Made by a program: the position numbers and the translations under genes
The notes under the pieces: generated by a model
The model's database searches: none
The model's input: the letters and a program-made list of their open reading frames with translations, nothing else
What the model was told of the DNA's origin: nothing
Part shown: positions 1-30,655 of the stretch, piece after piece
Layout of the letters: each line of letters begins with the position of its first letter
How positions within the stretch are numbered: the stretch's first letter is position 1
NCBI RefSeq assembly: GCF_009914755.1
Contig: NC_060939.1
Reading direction: 5' to 3' (one strand)
DNA length: 64,000 nt
DNA from: the human T2T-CHM13v2.0 reference genome, Homo sapiens

Positions 1-1
1 G

Positions 2-2275
<2,274 letters not shown>

Positions 2276-2339
2276 CTATAAGCCCTTTTTAAAGTAAATG
2301 ACTTATATTATTCTGTTAAAAATATTTAACAGCTCTCAC

Positions 2340-4270
<1,931 letters not shown>

Positions 4271-5269
4271 TCATTCTTTTGGAATCAACTCCAAATTCTT
4301 TCCAGCTTCATGGCCTATGCACACACAGTTCATTCTGTTTGGACAGCTCCTCCTTTCATACTGCACATAGAAATGTGCAGCTCTTCAACTATGCCCTCCA
4401 AGCCCTTCAACTATGCCTAACAAATTCATATTTATTGTTTAGATTGTATTCCACAAAGAGGTGTCCCCTTATCCTTCTGATTACGTTATATATATTTTTT
4501 CTCCTCTTTGCAATGATCACAGTTGTAATGGAATAGCTACTGATGTAATGACTCATTTAACATCTGTCTCTCCTATTAAATTATAAGCTCCACAATGGCA
4601 AAAGCCCCTTTAAAGCACATGCCACAGTGCCTGCACATTTATTTAACATGAAAAGAAGTAGCATGAAACTTCTCAAATAGCATTGCTTCATTCACAATGA
4701 GGGACGTGCATACTTCCTGTCCCCACTGGCTCAAACCAGGATGCTGAGCCACAAAAACATAGATAAGCCTGGCACATGTTCTTAAAGAGGTACCATAAAC
4801 TTAAATGCCCACAGAAATCAAAGCAAGATAACATAGATGAGTGAAGCAGCTGGGTGTAAGAACAAAAGCACAAGCACTATGATAAATGACAAAAGAACAC
4901 CTGGCCTCAGTGTCCAAGTACAATAATGAATTGTAGTGACTATGGCAAATCATAGCACTAATGCTCCATCTAAGCAGAGGCTGACTGCTACTCATAACTC
5001 CAGCCAACTGTTGCCAACAGAAACAAGAAATGCCAGAAGCTGGAAGTCTAAGTTTTATGAGAAATTTCCCCATTCTAAAATTCTGTCAATTAATTCAAAT
5101 ATATTAACATTTTACCACCTATGTAGGCCAAATAAAACACTTCTGCAGGCCACAATGAGCCCATCGGTTTGCAGGTTGTTCTAAAGCATTTATTTTACTT
5201 GATGATTTGTGAGAAAAAAAAAATTACGTACAGACACAGAGTGTAAAATAAAACACACCTCCAAAAAAG

Positions 5270-6730
<1,461 letters not shown>

Positions 6731-7018
6731 CCTAAATACTTTTTAATAATTTTTTTCTACTAGGAGGAATGCTTATTTTGTTTCACATGCACAAGACAGA
6801 TCATGATTTGAATAATGTAGGTATAAAAATTATTACCTTCACAAAACAGTTTCCAGCTATCAGTACTATTACAATACTATCTAATACAACCCTCAAGTCC
6901 CATTTCCTAATCCACAAGAAAGAGATTAATCCTTTTATCCTTGGGATGAGGCAACAGGTACAGATAAAAGAACAAATCTGATAATACATTTAAATAAACC
7001 CCTTCAAACACTGTATAC

Positions 7019-7103
7019 CTGCTTGTCCTGTTTGGCTGAGGTAACTGCTCAATGACCTGACTGATGGAACCACATGTGTCCAAGTTAGAAGAATCCACAG
7101 GGT
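7019..7103 (-). CDS. TP53BP1: TP53BP1 exon 4 (85 bp); gene continues beyond the left edge of the window
   Basis: cag|AC CCT GTG GAT ... ACA AGC AG|gtatac; DPVDSSNLDTCGSISQVIEQLPQPNRTS. Confidence 0.95.
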
Positions 7104-7351
7104 CTGAAAAAAATAACTGGATATTAGCATGAAAGACATTTACCAACAAACTTTAATACAAAATCAGGAATACAGACAATACCAATCTAATCAGTGACAC
7201 TAGCACATCAACTTTTGAGTGACTACTACGCAGATACCACAGTAGGCTTCCTTACATACATTCGACACAACCACATAAAGTTTAAATCCACCCAGCACCA
7301 ACAAGAGCACCCAAAAAATGCAAAGGGGACAGATAGCTTTAAACACCTCAC

Positions 7352-7445
7352 CTGCAACCTTGTTTTCTTTCAAATGTTCATTGAACCCACTATTACCGTC
7401 TCCTCGTTCTTCTCCAGCTGTTTGTTCAGGATTGGACACAACATC
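7352..7445 (-). CDS. TP53BP1: TP53BP1 exon 3 (94 bp)
   Basis: tag|GAT GTT GTG TCC AAT ... GTT GCA G|gtgagg; DVVSNPEQTAGEERGDGNSGFNEHLKENKVA; phase-compatible with neighbours. Confidence 0.95.
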
Positions 7446-7633
7446 CTAGAAAATACACATACAAAATATCCCCATTATATATGAAATAGTTCAAAATGAA
7501 ACCTACTATTTGTGAACAATTTTTCCAATCAACTTTATTGAGAAGGTAATGATCTTCTAAATACTTATGTTTGCTGGTTTTCGGTTTAAAAAAAAAAATC
7601 TGCTCAATCTTCTTCAAACAAGGTATCACTCAC

Positions 7634-7818
7634 CAACACAGGATTTTCTTTGTGCGTCTGGAGATTAGGAAGGTGTCGAGATAGCATACTGAAGTGAGAA
7701 CCAGAATCATCCTCTAGAACCTGGCTTTCAGGCTGAGAATCTTCAATTATCAGGCAAGGAGTATCTTGCTGAGAGAAATCTGAATCCAACTGACTTCCAG
7801 TAGGGTCCATCTGCTCCC
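7634..7818 (-). CDS. TP53BP1: TP53BP1 exon 2 (185 bp)
   Basis: ag|GG GAG CAG ATG ... GTG TTG|gtgagt; encodes MDPTGSQLDSDFSQQDTPCLIIEDSQPESQ..., the SQ-rich (ATM-site) 53BP1 N-terminus; second ATG at 7810. Confidence 0.97.
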
Positions 7819-8249
7819 CTGGAATGGAATAACAAAAGATCAGTTCCGTGTAACCTACTAGCCTTGCTCACGCAGTCTAAACCTAAATAATGGGGCGGAA
7901 GTACAAGAGCTGGGAAACGGGACCACTTCAGGACTCCTCCAATTAGAATATTATATTTATAATTGCTGCAAGCACTTTCCTATCATGCCTACCAAGTCAC
8001 CATTCCTCGTTATTTACAATAAGCCTGACTATCCCTCCCTATTTTTCATCACCTTCTCGTAGACACCCTTTCCCCTCCTTCCTAACCTCTTCTCTCCCCG
8101 CCCCTTTTTCCATCCCCCCCGCCACGTCCTTCTGGCGCCTCTACCTCCCCCCAAAAGAATGTTTTCTAAAATCTGTTCGCCAGAGGCCCCACAGCCTTTC
8201 AGCTTTCCTCACGACCACCAAGCCTTCTTAGCTAACGTTTCCCCACCCC

Positions 8250-8720
8250 CTCCTTAGGGCCCTCCAACCCCTTCCCCGTCACCGCCGCCATGCTTGCCAC
8301 CCCGCCCCCTCCGGTCAGCCATCCCTTCAGACCCGAAATCCAGGCCTTCAGAGCCCACTGCACTCCCATTTCTCTCCAAACAGTACCAGGCATCCCGGCG
8401 GGAGGTCCCTCGCGCTCGAGCTAGAGGTCTCTGCACGCTCCCCAAGTCCCTCCAGATCGATCCCTAGGTCGCCGCTGTCGCCACCGCCGCCACCGGCCGC
8501 GAACTCCCCCTTTCCCGTCACGTCACACAATATCGGATCGTCCATTCGCTGCCGCCGCCCGCCACTCAAGAAATCCCGTGGATGATAGGTAGCTGCGGCA
8601 GAGTGCCCTGCCCCACGTAAGAAAAAGGAACACGGCGGCGCGTTTCCATGGCAGCATGGACGTTGCAGGCCCTCCCCTTTAGTAGAGCCGGAGAATGACG
8701 GTATCCTTGAACCGAAGGGA
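8250..8720 (-). promoter_or_regulatory. TP53BP1: TP53BP1 proximal CpG-island promoter
   Basis: High CpG density; ATF/USF-like GTCACGTCAC at 8517-8526; X-box-like GTTTCCATGGCAGC at 8642-8655. Confidence 0.85.
8387..8393 (-). CDS. TP53BP1: TP53BP1 (53BP1) proximal exon 1, coding part (ATG CCT G)
   Basis: Minus strand reads gggATGCCTG|gtactg inside a CpG island; joined to 7818 it gives MPGEQMDPTGSQ, the long 53BP1 N-terminus. Confidence 0.9.
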
Positions 8721-10225
8721 CCTTGAGAGGGCGTGAAATACCTTCCCCTGCTTCCAGGACGATTGCATTTACCACTACTCAGACATTTCAGTACCTCTAC
8801 CTGCTTTTTCTCGTTCACGCCCCTTAATCCCCGTCCCTCACCCTCTTTCCTGGAAAAGGAGAGAGTTTCCCAGCTTTCTCATAACAGGGCAAAGAAGAAG
8901 CGGCTTGAGGATGGCTAGGTACTTCAGAGCTGGTGAACCCAACAGAAGAGACTCTTTCTTCTTTGACACAGGGTTAACCTGTGTCAATCAGGATCCCTTT
9001 TGTGGGCCTCTACCCTGAATCCAAGGGCCTGACATTACATCTCTGCCAGGGCGTTTTTAGTATTTGTTTGTTTTTACATTGTATAAGGGCTCCAGTAAGC
9101 CATATTTCTTCCCATTGCCCTTTTCCGCCTAGGACGTATTTCAAGCTTCACACTTGTTTATCGTTGCCTTATCTTTTATGGGATTGCCTGCAGAGACTAC
9201 AGCCCCAGACATATTTTGCACCTCCCATTGAGAGAATTGAGCACTGTCATTCTCAAACTCCATGGTAAAGAGAACAGCTGCCACCCCTTCTAACTAGATG
9301 ACCTCAAAGATACTTCCAAACCCAGAGATTCTATTATCCTAATTATGGTGCCAGGGTCTTAAAGAGGGTGTGGCAGCTGTGACGAGTCTTAATGAACTAA
9401 GCCCCATGTGGCATATGTGTTTGTTTTGTTGTTGTTGTTGTTGAGGGGTGGGGGTATATTATTTAAGTGGCAGTTGGATCCAGGATAGAATTCTAGCCAG
9501 AGCAGCTGTCAATAGGGAAAGCACCTAGCACAGTGCCAAACATATACATAGTAGGCATTCAATATGAGGCAGTTTTCTCTTTCTACCCCAGGCTCAGATT
9601 TATTTCGGCACAGCCCAACCATGATTCTCCATTTCTGTAAATGCCCAATTCAGCACGTGATATAGGCAAAGCTGAAGTGGAGCTTCCTACCAGTCTTCTC
9701 ACTGCTGCTATAAATTACAGTGATCCTATTTTCCAAACCAAATTCAAAGCATGTTGTCTGAATACACGTTACTTATGGGAACAAAAGGACTGACTCCTTG
9801 AAACTGTCCTGAAAAATCTAGAATCTATTACTGCTATAACTGGAATATAATTATGGTCGCCAGTATGTTTTATTAGTGGAGCTAAAATGAAATGGACCAC
9901 ACAGAGATGCATCTCACTTCTTAATCTTAAAATCATTTATAATTGACTCTTTTCATACTCCACTCCTAAAGCTGCAGAACACCAGTGACTAAACAAATCT
10001 AATACTTAAAGACCAGGTTAGAGCAATACTAACTACACTAGCTGGACAAAGTGAGTTCATCTGCTCTATTTGAGAGGGCACAACCAACCAGGTCCTGTTA
10101 TGAGTAAATCATGACCTTGAGTCCCATAAAAATCCCCCAAAAGTTACCATTTTTTTGCTTTTCTTCTCCAGCCTGCTTCTGCTTCCTCCCCAAGTGAGGC
10201 ACAAATAAACAGATCTGTTTGATTA

Positions 10226-11185
<960 letters not shown>

Positions 11186-11974
11186 CTAAAAACCTCAGCC
11201 TGACTAAAAATAGATAAATAAATGAGTGAGCCATTTGCATTACTAAACAAGAATCTTAAAAAAAACTGTTAAGAAAAACTATTAATTCCTTGTTAGGCAG
11301 TGTGGCAATTAAATTAATCATTAAATTATCCAGAAAAATAAACTACAGGCAGAATGGTTGCAGCTAGATGAGCCAAAGGCCTTTATTGACTCCTAGACTG
11401 CAAAGGACCAACAGCACATCTACCTGTCTACAGGTAACATCTTTTCCTAAACCACCTTAGACAGAGAAATCTAACTTACCTCTAAAGCCCTCCCAGAGAA
11501 GGCTCATCAGATCTTAGGTTAACTTGCTTTAAAGTTTAACAAACCTCATTGTCAGAAATTTTTCTTCTAATATTAATCTTCTAATCTTCTAACCTAAATC
11601 CTTTATTATAGAATTTAAAGCCATTTCCTCTCATATTGTCTTTAACTGCTATCTTTAAAACCTAGATAGATGTCATTAAGTTGGGATCATCTCATTTGGT
11701 CCTATAATTATATAATAAATTTCAAACCATCAAACAACAAATCTAAATACTATATGACTTAGTTTGTGAGTATTTTTCTGAAGCCTCCTCAAAGACTTCT
11801 TAAGCAAAAGAACCCTAGCCCAGCTTATTCTTCCCTCACAGGTATTCCACCAACCTTTAAAGTTGCTTCACGATCTTATGAAAACTCATAGTTTTGGAGC
11901 TCAGTGGCAGAGTACTCTACTGAGGAGAATTGACAAGTGCCAAATTTAATGATAGGAAAACAATCATATATTCC

Positions 11975-20618
<8,644 letters not shown>

Positions 20619-22145
20619 TCACACACAGGTATGGCCTGAAAACTAAGTTATATAGTTAGGTTTGAATCCTCTTTACCACCATCATCTCTACCACCACAAA
20701 GAAAATCCTTAAGAGATCCCTGCAGTAAGAGGTAGCTTTGCTCAGATTAAAAGAAAAGATGGTATCAGAGGTCACAGCCAAACACTACCTTCCATTTCAC
20801 AGGCTAATGAAATGGATAAGGGAAGATGGTATTGATAAATTATTTTTTTCGCTTTTGGGAATCACTTTCTTAAATAAAAGAATGTGGGAAGTGAGGGAAG
20901 AAAAAGGGGAAATTTCTTCATTGTCCTTTGCAATGCTCTGCAGGGGGAAGGTAAACCCAGTCCCATTGCTCTGCCCATTTACTTAATGTGAACAAATAAT
21001 AATTAGAAAAATATTTATTGTGGGCCTCCTCTGTGGCCCAGACATAGTAATAAATGCAGACTTCTTCCCCATCTCAACCTTTTTAGATATTATTTTACTC
21101 AGTGCCTTTTTAAAGGTTATTTTACTCCATGCCTTTGCAGACAAACCAGCTGTTCAGGCTGAGGTGACCCTATGGCTGCTGGTATGCATTATGATCATAG
21201 TATTTCCCCCAAAAGCCAAGGATAAGCCTCTGACACAGCACTTCTGTAATCCAACACGCCTCTCTCTGGGTAAGAATGCTTTACAGGCAGAACTGAGTGC
21301 AGGGAAGGAATCTGAGCTGTATGCAGCTCCCTTGGATATTTTGGTGGATAAAACCATGCAATCCAGCAGAGCAGGGCTGGAGTTCTGCCAAATGAGCTCA
21401 GACCCCCAGAAAAACTAATGACATTCATCAGGCTAGAAGAGAAGGCCCAGCATCTTTTCTTTATGAATTGCCAGAGCTGCCTTAAATCTTATGGAGACTT
21501 TAAGCATTGAAAGAATTATGATGTTCTTCTCTCCTATGAACACCTAATTCAAGATGAGTGCAACTAATTGCAAGTAAAGCTCTGATTTTTCATGGGGACA
21601 ACTTTAATACTTTAAATGCCAAATATGAAATTATTTCCAGAAAAACTTAGAGATGCCCTTCCCACTTTGTTAAGAGTGTGCTTAATTTACCTATTGGATA
21701 ATTTATCACTATACATTATGAAGGCCTGGGGGTTGAGAATTCCCTAACTGGTTTAAACTTAGCCGATACTTTTCAAACCATTTGAGATTTATACTATCTT
21801 TTGCCTTGTGCTGACTCCAGTGCATAACCAAGGAAACAGCCTATAATAGTGCCTTCCTCTTGCACCTCTTCTAACCTCCTCTTTCAGTGGTGGATCCTTA
21901 GACACCTTCGACAATTCAAGGGTCCTTCATCACAGTTCAAAAGCATTGGTGTGCCACTATATCTGCCAATTTTGCTTGACAAGACTGTGGAAGAAGCTAC
22001 AGAATTGGAGAGCTCCCAAAAGATCATACTTGGTCATTCCAGGGGGTCAATAGTTAAATGAAACAAAACAGGAGGCTCCATAGCCATCAAACACTACTAC
22101 CTGTGTCTGACAATCATGCATATCACAGGTCCCTAATAATCCCCT

Positions 22146-22853
<708 letters not shown>

Positions 22854-23064
22854 CCCTTGGAAGGGCCTTTGAATTGCATCGTTTTACTACCAGGCTTCTG
22901 CCATAGCACACTTCCTAAATTCAATATAGATTTTTAAATACTTTATAATTCATATATGTATTTAATTTTTTATTTAGCTTTCTAAGTCTTATACATATGT
23001 ATCAGAGCATTTTCTGTCTTTGCTTATAAAATTCTGGGACACAGATGCTAATGCTCCACAGTTT

Positions 23065-25063
<1,999 letters not shown>

Positions 25064-25720
25064 TGAAGTATTTAACATGCAGACACTGCCCAATCAGAAC
25101 GTGGCTCACAGGCAGCCTTGCTGAATCTGATACTGTGTTCCTTTCTTTCCTGTACTATCTCCAAAGCAAAGGCAAACGGGACAAAAAAAAACCCAAAAAC
25201 CCAAAAAACAAAACAAAACAAAAAAACAAAAAAACAAGTGCTGCTGGAGCCCTAGGGTGAAAGATAGGCGCTCCCATACATACATGTACAGAATGATTCG
25301 GTATCCTGGGTAAAAGACTACTCTGGAGTGTGGAGTAGGTGGAGACACACTGAGGAATGGGGGAGGCTAGACTAACAGCACTTTTTTACAAAGATGTTCC
25401 AGTCAGTCATAAAACAGTGCAAGGCCTCCTCAGTCCTTTCCCAACCTCTGGTTTTGATCTTAGAACTGTCAACCCCTTCTTTGGTGCAAACACTGCTCCT
25501 TCTGTTTTAAGAACTCCCGGGGGGTGGGAGGGGGGGAAGTAATACAACAGTCTCCTGAGGGAGACCCATCTCACTGTCACATCACTTGAAGATGGGAAGG
25601 TCTTTCCTAGGTTTTACTCAAATCCCCCTTGCTGCAGTCTGAGCTCATTGCACTCGAGTCCTGCACTCAGCAGAGATGGAAACTAGCCAGCCAACTGCTA
25701 TCTTCAGAATAACAACTCAC

Positions 25721-25850
25721 CAGGGACTCAAGGCCGGAAGGTCATTCTGTCCCCTCCAATACTGCGCAGCCTTCCAGAGCACTCCCAGGGCCCGGGGCAA
25801 GGACAGGGAAACCGAGGATGGAGACCTCGGGCAGGACCCAGGCAGGCAGT
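25721..25850 (-). other. TP53BP1: Probable distal non-coding first exon of TP53BP1 (5' boundary approximate)
   Basis: Strong minus-strand donor CTG|GTGAGT at 25721/25720 on the divergent side of the MAP1A CpG island; consistent with my recollection of a TP53BP1 isoform starting ~17 kb upstream and initiating at MDPTG. Confidence 0.7.
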
Positions 25851-26580
25851 GACAAAAAACAAAAAAAAAAAAAAACACGCCAAACAACGATAATACAGAC
25901 ACACAGACACAGATGGAGGCAACGATACAAACTCGGAGGCAGAGAGGGACAAGATGGCTCCCCTCAGTTCGGGCGAGGCTGCGGAATTGCCAGACAGTAC
26001 TTATCAGGGATACATCTTAACTAGAAGCTTCTTCCGGCGCCGAGGCAACCGCCTCGCCCCACCAATGGGTCCCCCAGAGACCCCACCCCCGCTCAAGTCT
26101 AAGTGGAAGCTCCCGCTGGTACTGGGGAGGGCGTGGTGGGAGGAAGGGGGCGGCCACCACCCTCTAGCCTGGCGAGACCGCAGAGCACGAGCTTCCAGCT
26201 CCGGCCCGCCCCTGCGGCGCCTGTGCCACGCCCCCTGACAGGCAGCAGCCAATGAACTGCACCTGCCGCCGGCCTTTAAGAGCCGCGCGCACTCTGCCTG
26301 CAGCGGAAGCTGCCGGACTAACACTCCGCGGGTGTTTCCATGGAGACCGAGGCCGAGCCTGCGCGGCCTCACGGCGTTGCCATGGAGACAACTCCGGGGC
26401 TGGGGCTCCGAAGTCCCGGCGCACCGCTGGCTCAGAACCCCGCGGAGCTGCTGTGCGAGGCCGGAGCCGCGGTGGCGGCTGCACGCTGGGACCTGCAGAA
26501 GCACTCTTTGCTAATTGTGATCGGCGATATCGGTACAGAGAGTCAGCTGAGGGCCGTGCGGGCCCACCTTGAACAAGGTG
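25730..26580. promoter_or_regulatory. CpG island / bidirectional promoter (MAP1A long isoform on +, TP53BP1 distal isoform on -)
   Basis: CpG-rich; GC boxes (~26146, ~26205), CCAAT (~26062, ~26249), TATA-like TTTAAGA ~26275, two RFX X-boxes at 26334 and 26376. Confidence 0.85.
26340..26577 (+). CDS. MAP1A: MAP1A long isoform exon 1 (coding part)
   Basis: METEAEPARPHGVAMETTPG...KHSLLIVIGDIGTESQLRAVRAHLEQG resembles the MAP1B/MAP1S N-terminal domain; donor AAG|gtgagc; in-frame ATGs at 26340 and 26382. Confidence 0.9.
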
Positions 26581-27540
26581 AGCCACTGTTCTGGCTGTGC
26601 TTCAGGCATCTCTACCCTGTGCTTCTCCGCCTTCTGCATTCAACTACCAATGCATACGTCTGCATCTCCATCCCTAGTGTGCACTTCCTGAGATCTGCGC
26701 CCTTGTCACCTGCATCTTCCATGCCATGTGTCCGTATCCTCTCGCTCTACTAACATCTCGCTTGCCCATCCTTACTGCACACTCCATGGCGTTCCGCAGT
26801 CTCCCTGAGGCAGCGGAGCTCTATGCAGCCCCTGGGGCCCCTCTGGTCACACCCTCCACCGCAGTGTTTTGGACCAGGTGTCCTGAAAGTCCTCACCATC
26901 CCTGGAGAATCCACGTCCCTATCTTGCTGTATCTTCTTTATGGTCCCTGAACCAGCACGGGGAGCTTTCTGAACGCCCCGTACAAATCTCAAATCTCTGA
27001 ATGCCAGTAGCCAACCACTAAGTGACCTTCGTGGCTACCAGCTCCTAAGTCCTCACCTCCTTCCCCAGTGCTGTGCCTGTGGCTGTGGTGCAGTGCTGCG
27101 GAGCCACCTGCGGGTGGAAGCAAGCTGTGGAGGGCTGGGGACAAGGAAGGGAACACAGAAGGCGAACCTAGAATCCTACTTAGCTGTAAATGTGGGGAAG
27201 GTAGCCCTCAGTATCTGGGAATAGGCCCTTAGGTGTCACTTCCACCACAACTGGGGAACCTTACAAGAAAATTCCTACCTATAGACTCATTAATGACCGA
27301 GTTTAGTCTAAACTCTGTCCTTCTCCCTCTGGCTCAGGCAAAGCCTAGAAAAGCTGTAAACTGGGAGAAAGACACCATTACTAGCCACCTTTCTTTGAGA
27401 CATCACTGAGGCTGATCATGGCAACTATCCATATACCCTCCCTCTCCTTACCTGTTCTGTGAACTTGAAAGTGTTCCTGCAGTCTCACCACCCTACAACC
27501 TGCAACCTTATCCAGAACCTTCTTTGTTTTTCTCCCACAG

Positions 27541-27642
27541 GGATTCTCTCCTGGAACATTGACCTGTCATCCTTTGACTTGAACCAACAGTTGAGACTCT
27601 TCATTACCCGGCACCTAGCTCACTTCTCCTCAGAGGTCAAAG
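27541..27642 (+). CDS. MAP1A: MAP1A long isoform exon 2 (102 bp)
   Basis: tctcccacag|GG ATT CTC TCC TGG ... AAA G|gttagg; GILSWNIDLSSFDLNQQLRLFITRHLAHFSSEVKG, a conserved MAP1-family block. Confidence 0.92.
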
Positions 27643-28398
27643 GTTAGGACTAATGTTTTATTTCAGTCCTTTGGGTAAGAGCTGGTCACAGAGGTCCAGT
27701 CTCCCTGGGAGAAGTGGCCTTGCGGGAGGTTTGAGTGGAGGAGAAGGGAGGAACTTTATAGAGGAGGAAAATCATGGAATTCCATAGCTGTCCCCACATA
27801 CCAAATATACTTTGCAGACATGGTTTGATACTGGAGGGAGACTGGAGAACATAACTTCTCCTTGAGAAGAGGGTTGTTTGTGGATAGCTGTTGACATGCA
27901 CTAAAGAAATGAGGGACTCCTCTTAGTGATCAATCATCTCTCACGCAAAAATTCACTCTCTTCATTTGTGTTCCCCTTTCTGCATACCCCGGGTCTCCCT
28001 GCTTCCCTTTACAGACACCCCAGAATCCCCCATTCATCTTCCTTGACCCTTGTTTAGCATTTTTATTTAGGCTGCACAGGTTTCAGGGTTTCTGGTTCCT
28101 GCTTCGGCTTAGCCAACAGATCTCCAGGGCAGAGCAGAATCTTGGTACTTACATGATGATGGGCACCATCAAATCCAGAGTGGAAGGAGGGGCTCCTGAA
28201 TTTACTGCTACAAGATCAAGTTGTACTCTGAGATTTGGCCCAGATCAAAGCTCACATAATGCAGTTTCCCATTCTGCTGGGTGGGAGGAATGGGTGGGTT
28301 AGAGATTTGAGAAAATAAGATGTTAGGCACTACCATTCCATGACAGATGTCTGTGAGGTGACTACGGAAAGCTCTACATGCTATTATAAAAGAACTAA

Positions 28399-30655
<2,257 letters not shown>

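Noticed and set aside
8348-8818. 156-aa minus-strand ORF over the TP53BP1 promoter
   Set aside because: GC-rich CpG-island ORF, not the TP53BP1 frame, no homology recognised
21020-21418. 132-aa ORF in apparently unique sequence
   Set aside because: Non-ATG start, no recognisable homology, no clear splice or retrocopy hallmarks; BLAST and PhyloCSF would be needed
26004-26586. Overlapping 106-166 aa ORFs in the MAP1A CpG island
   Set aside because: Stop-poor GC-rich sequence; only the 26340 frame has MAP1 homology and a matching donor
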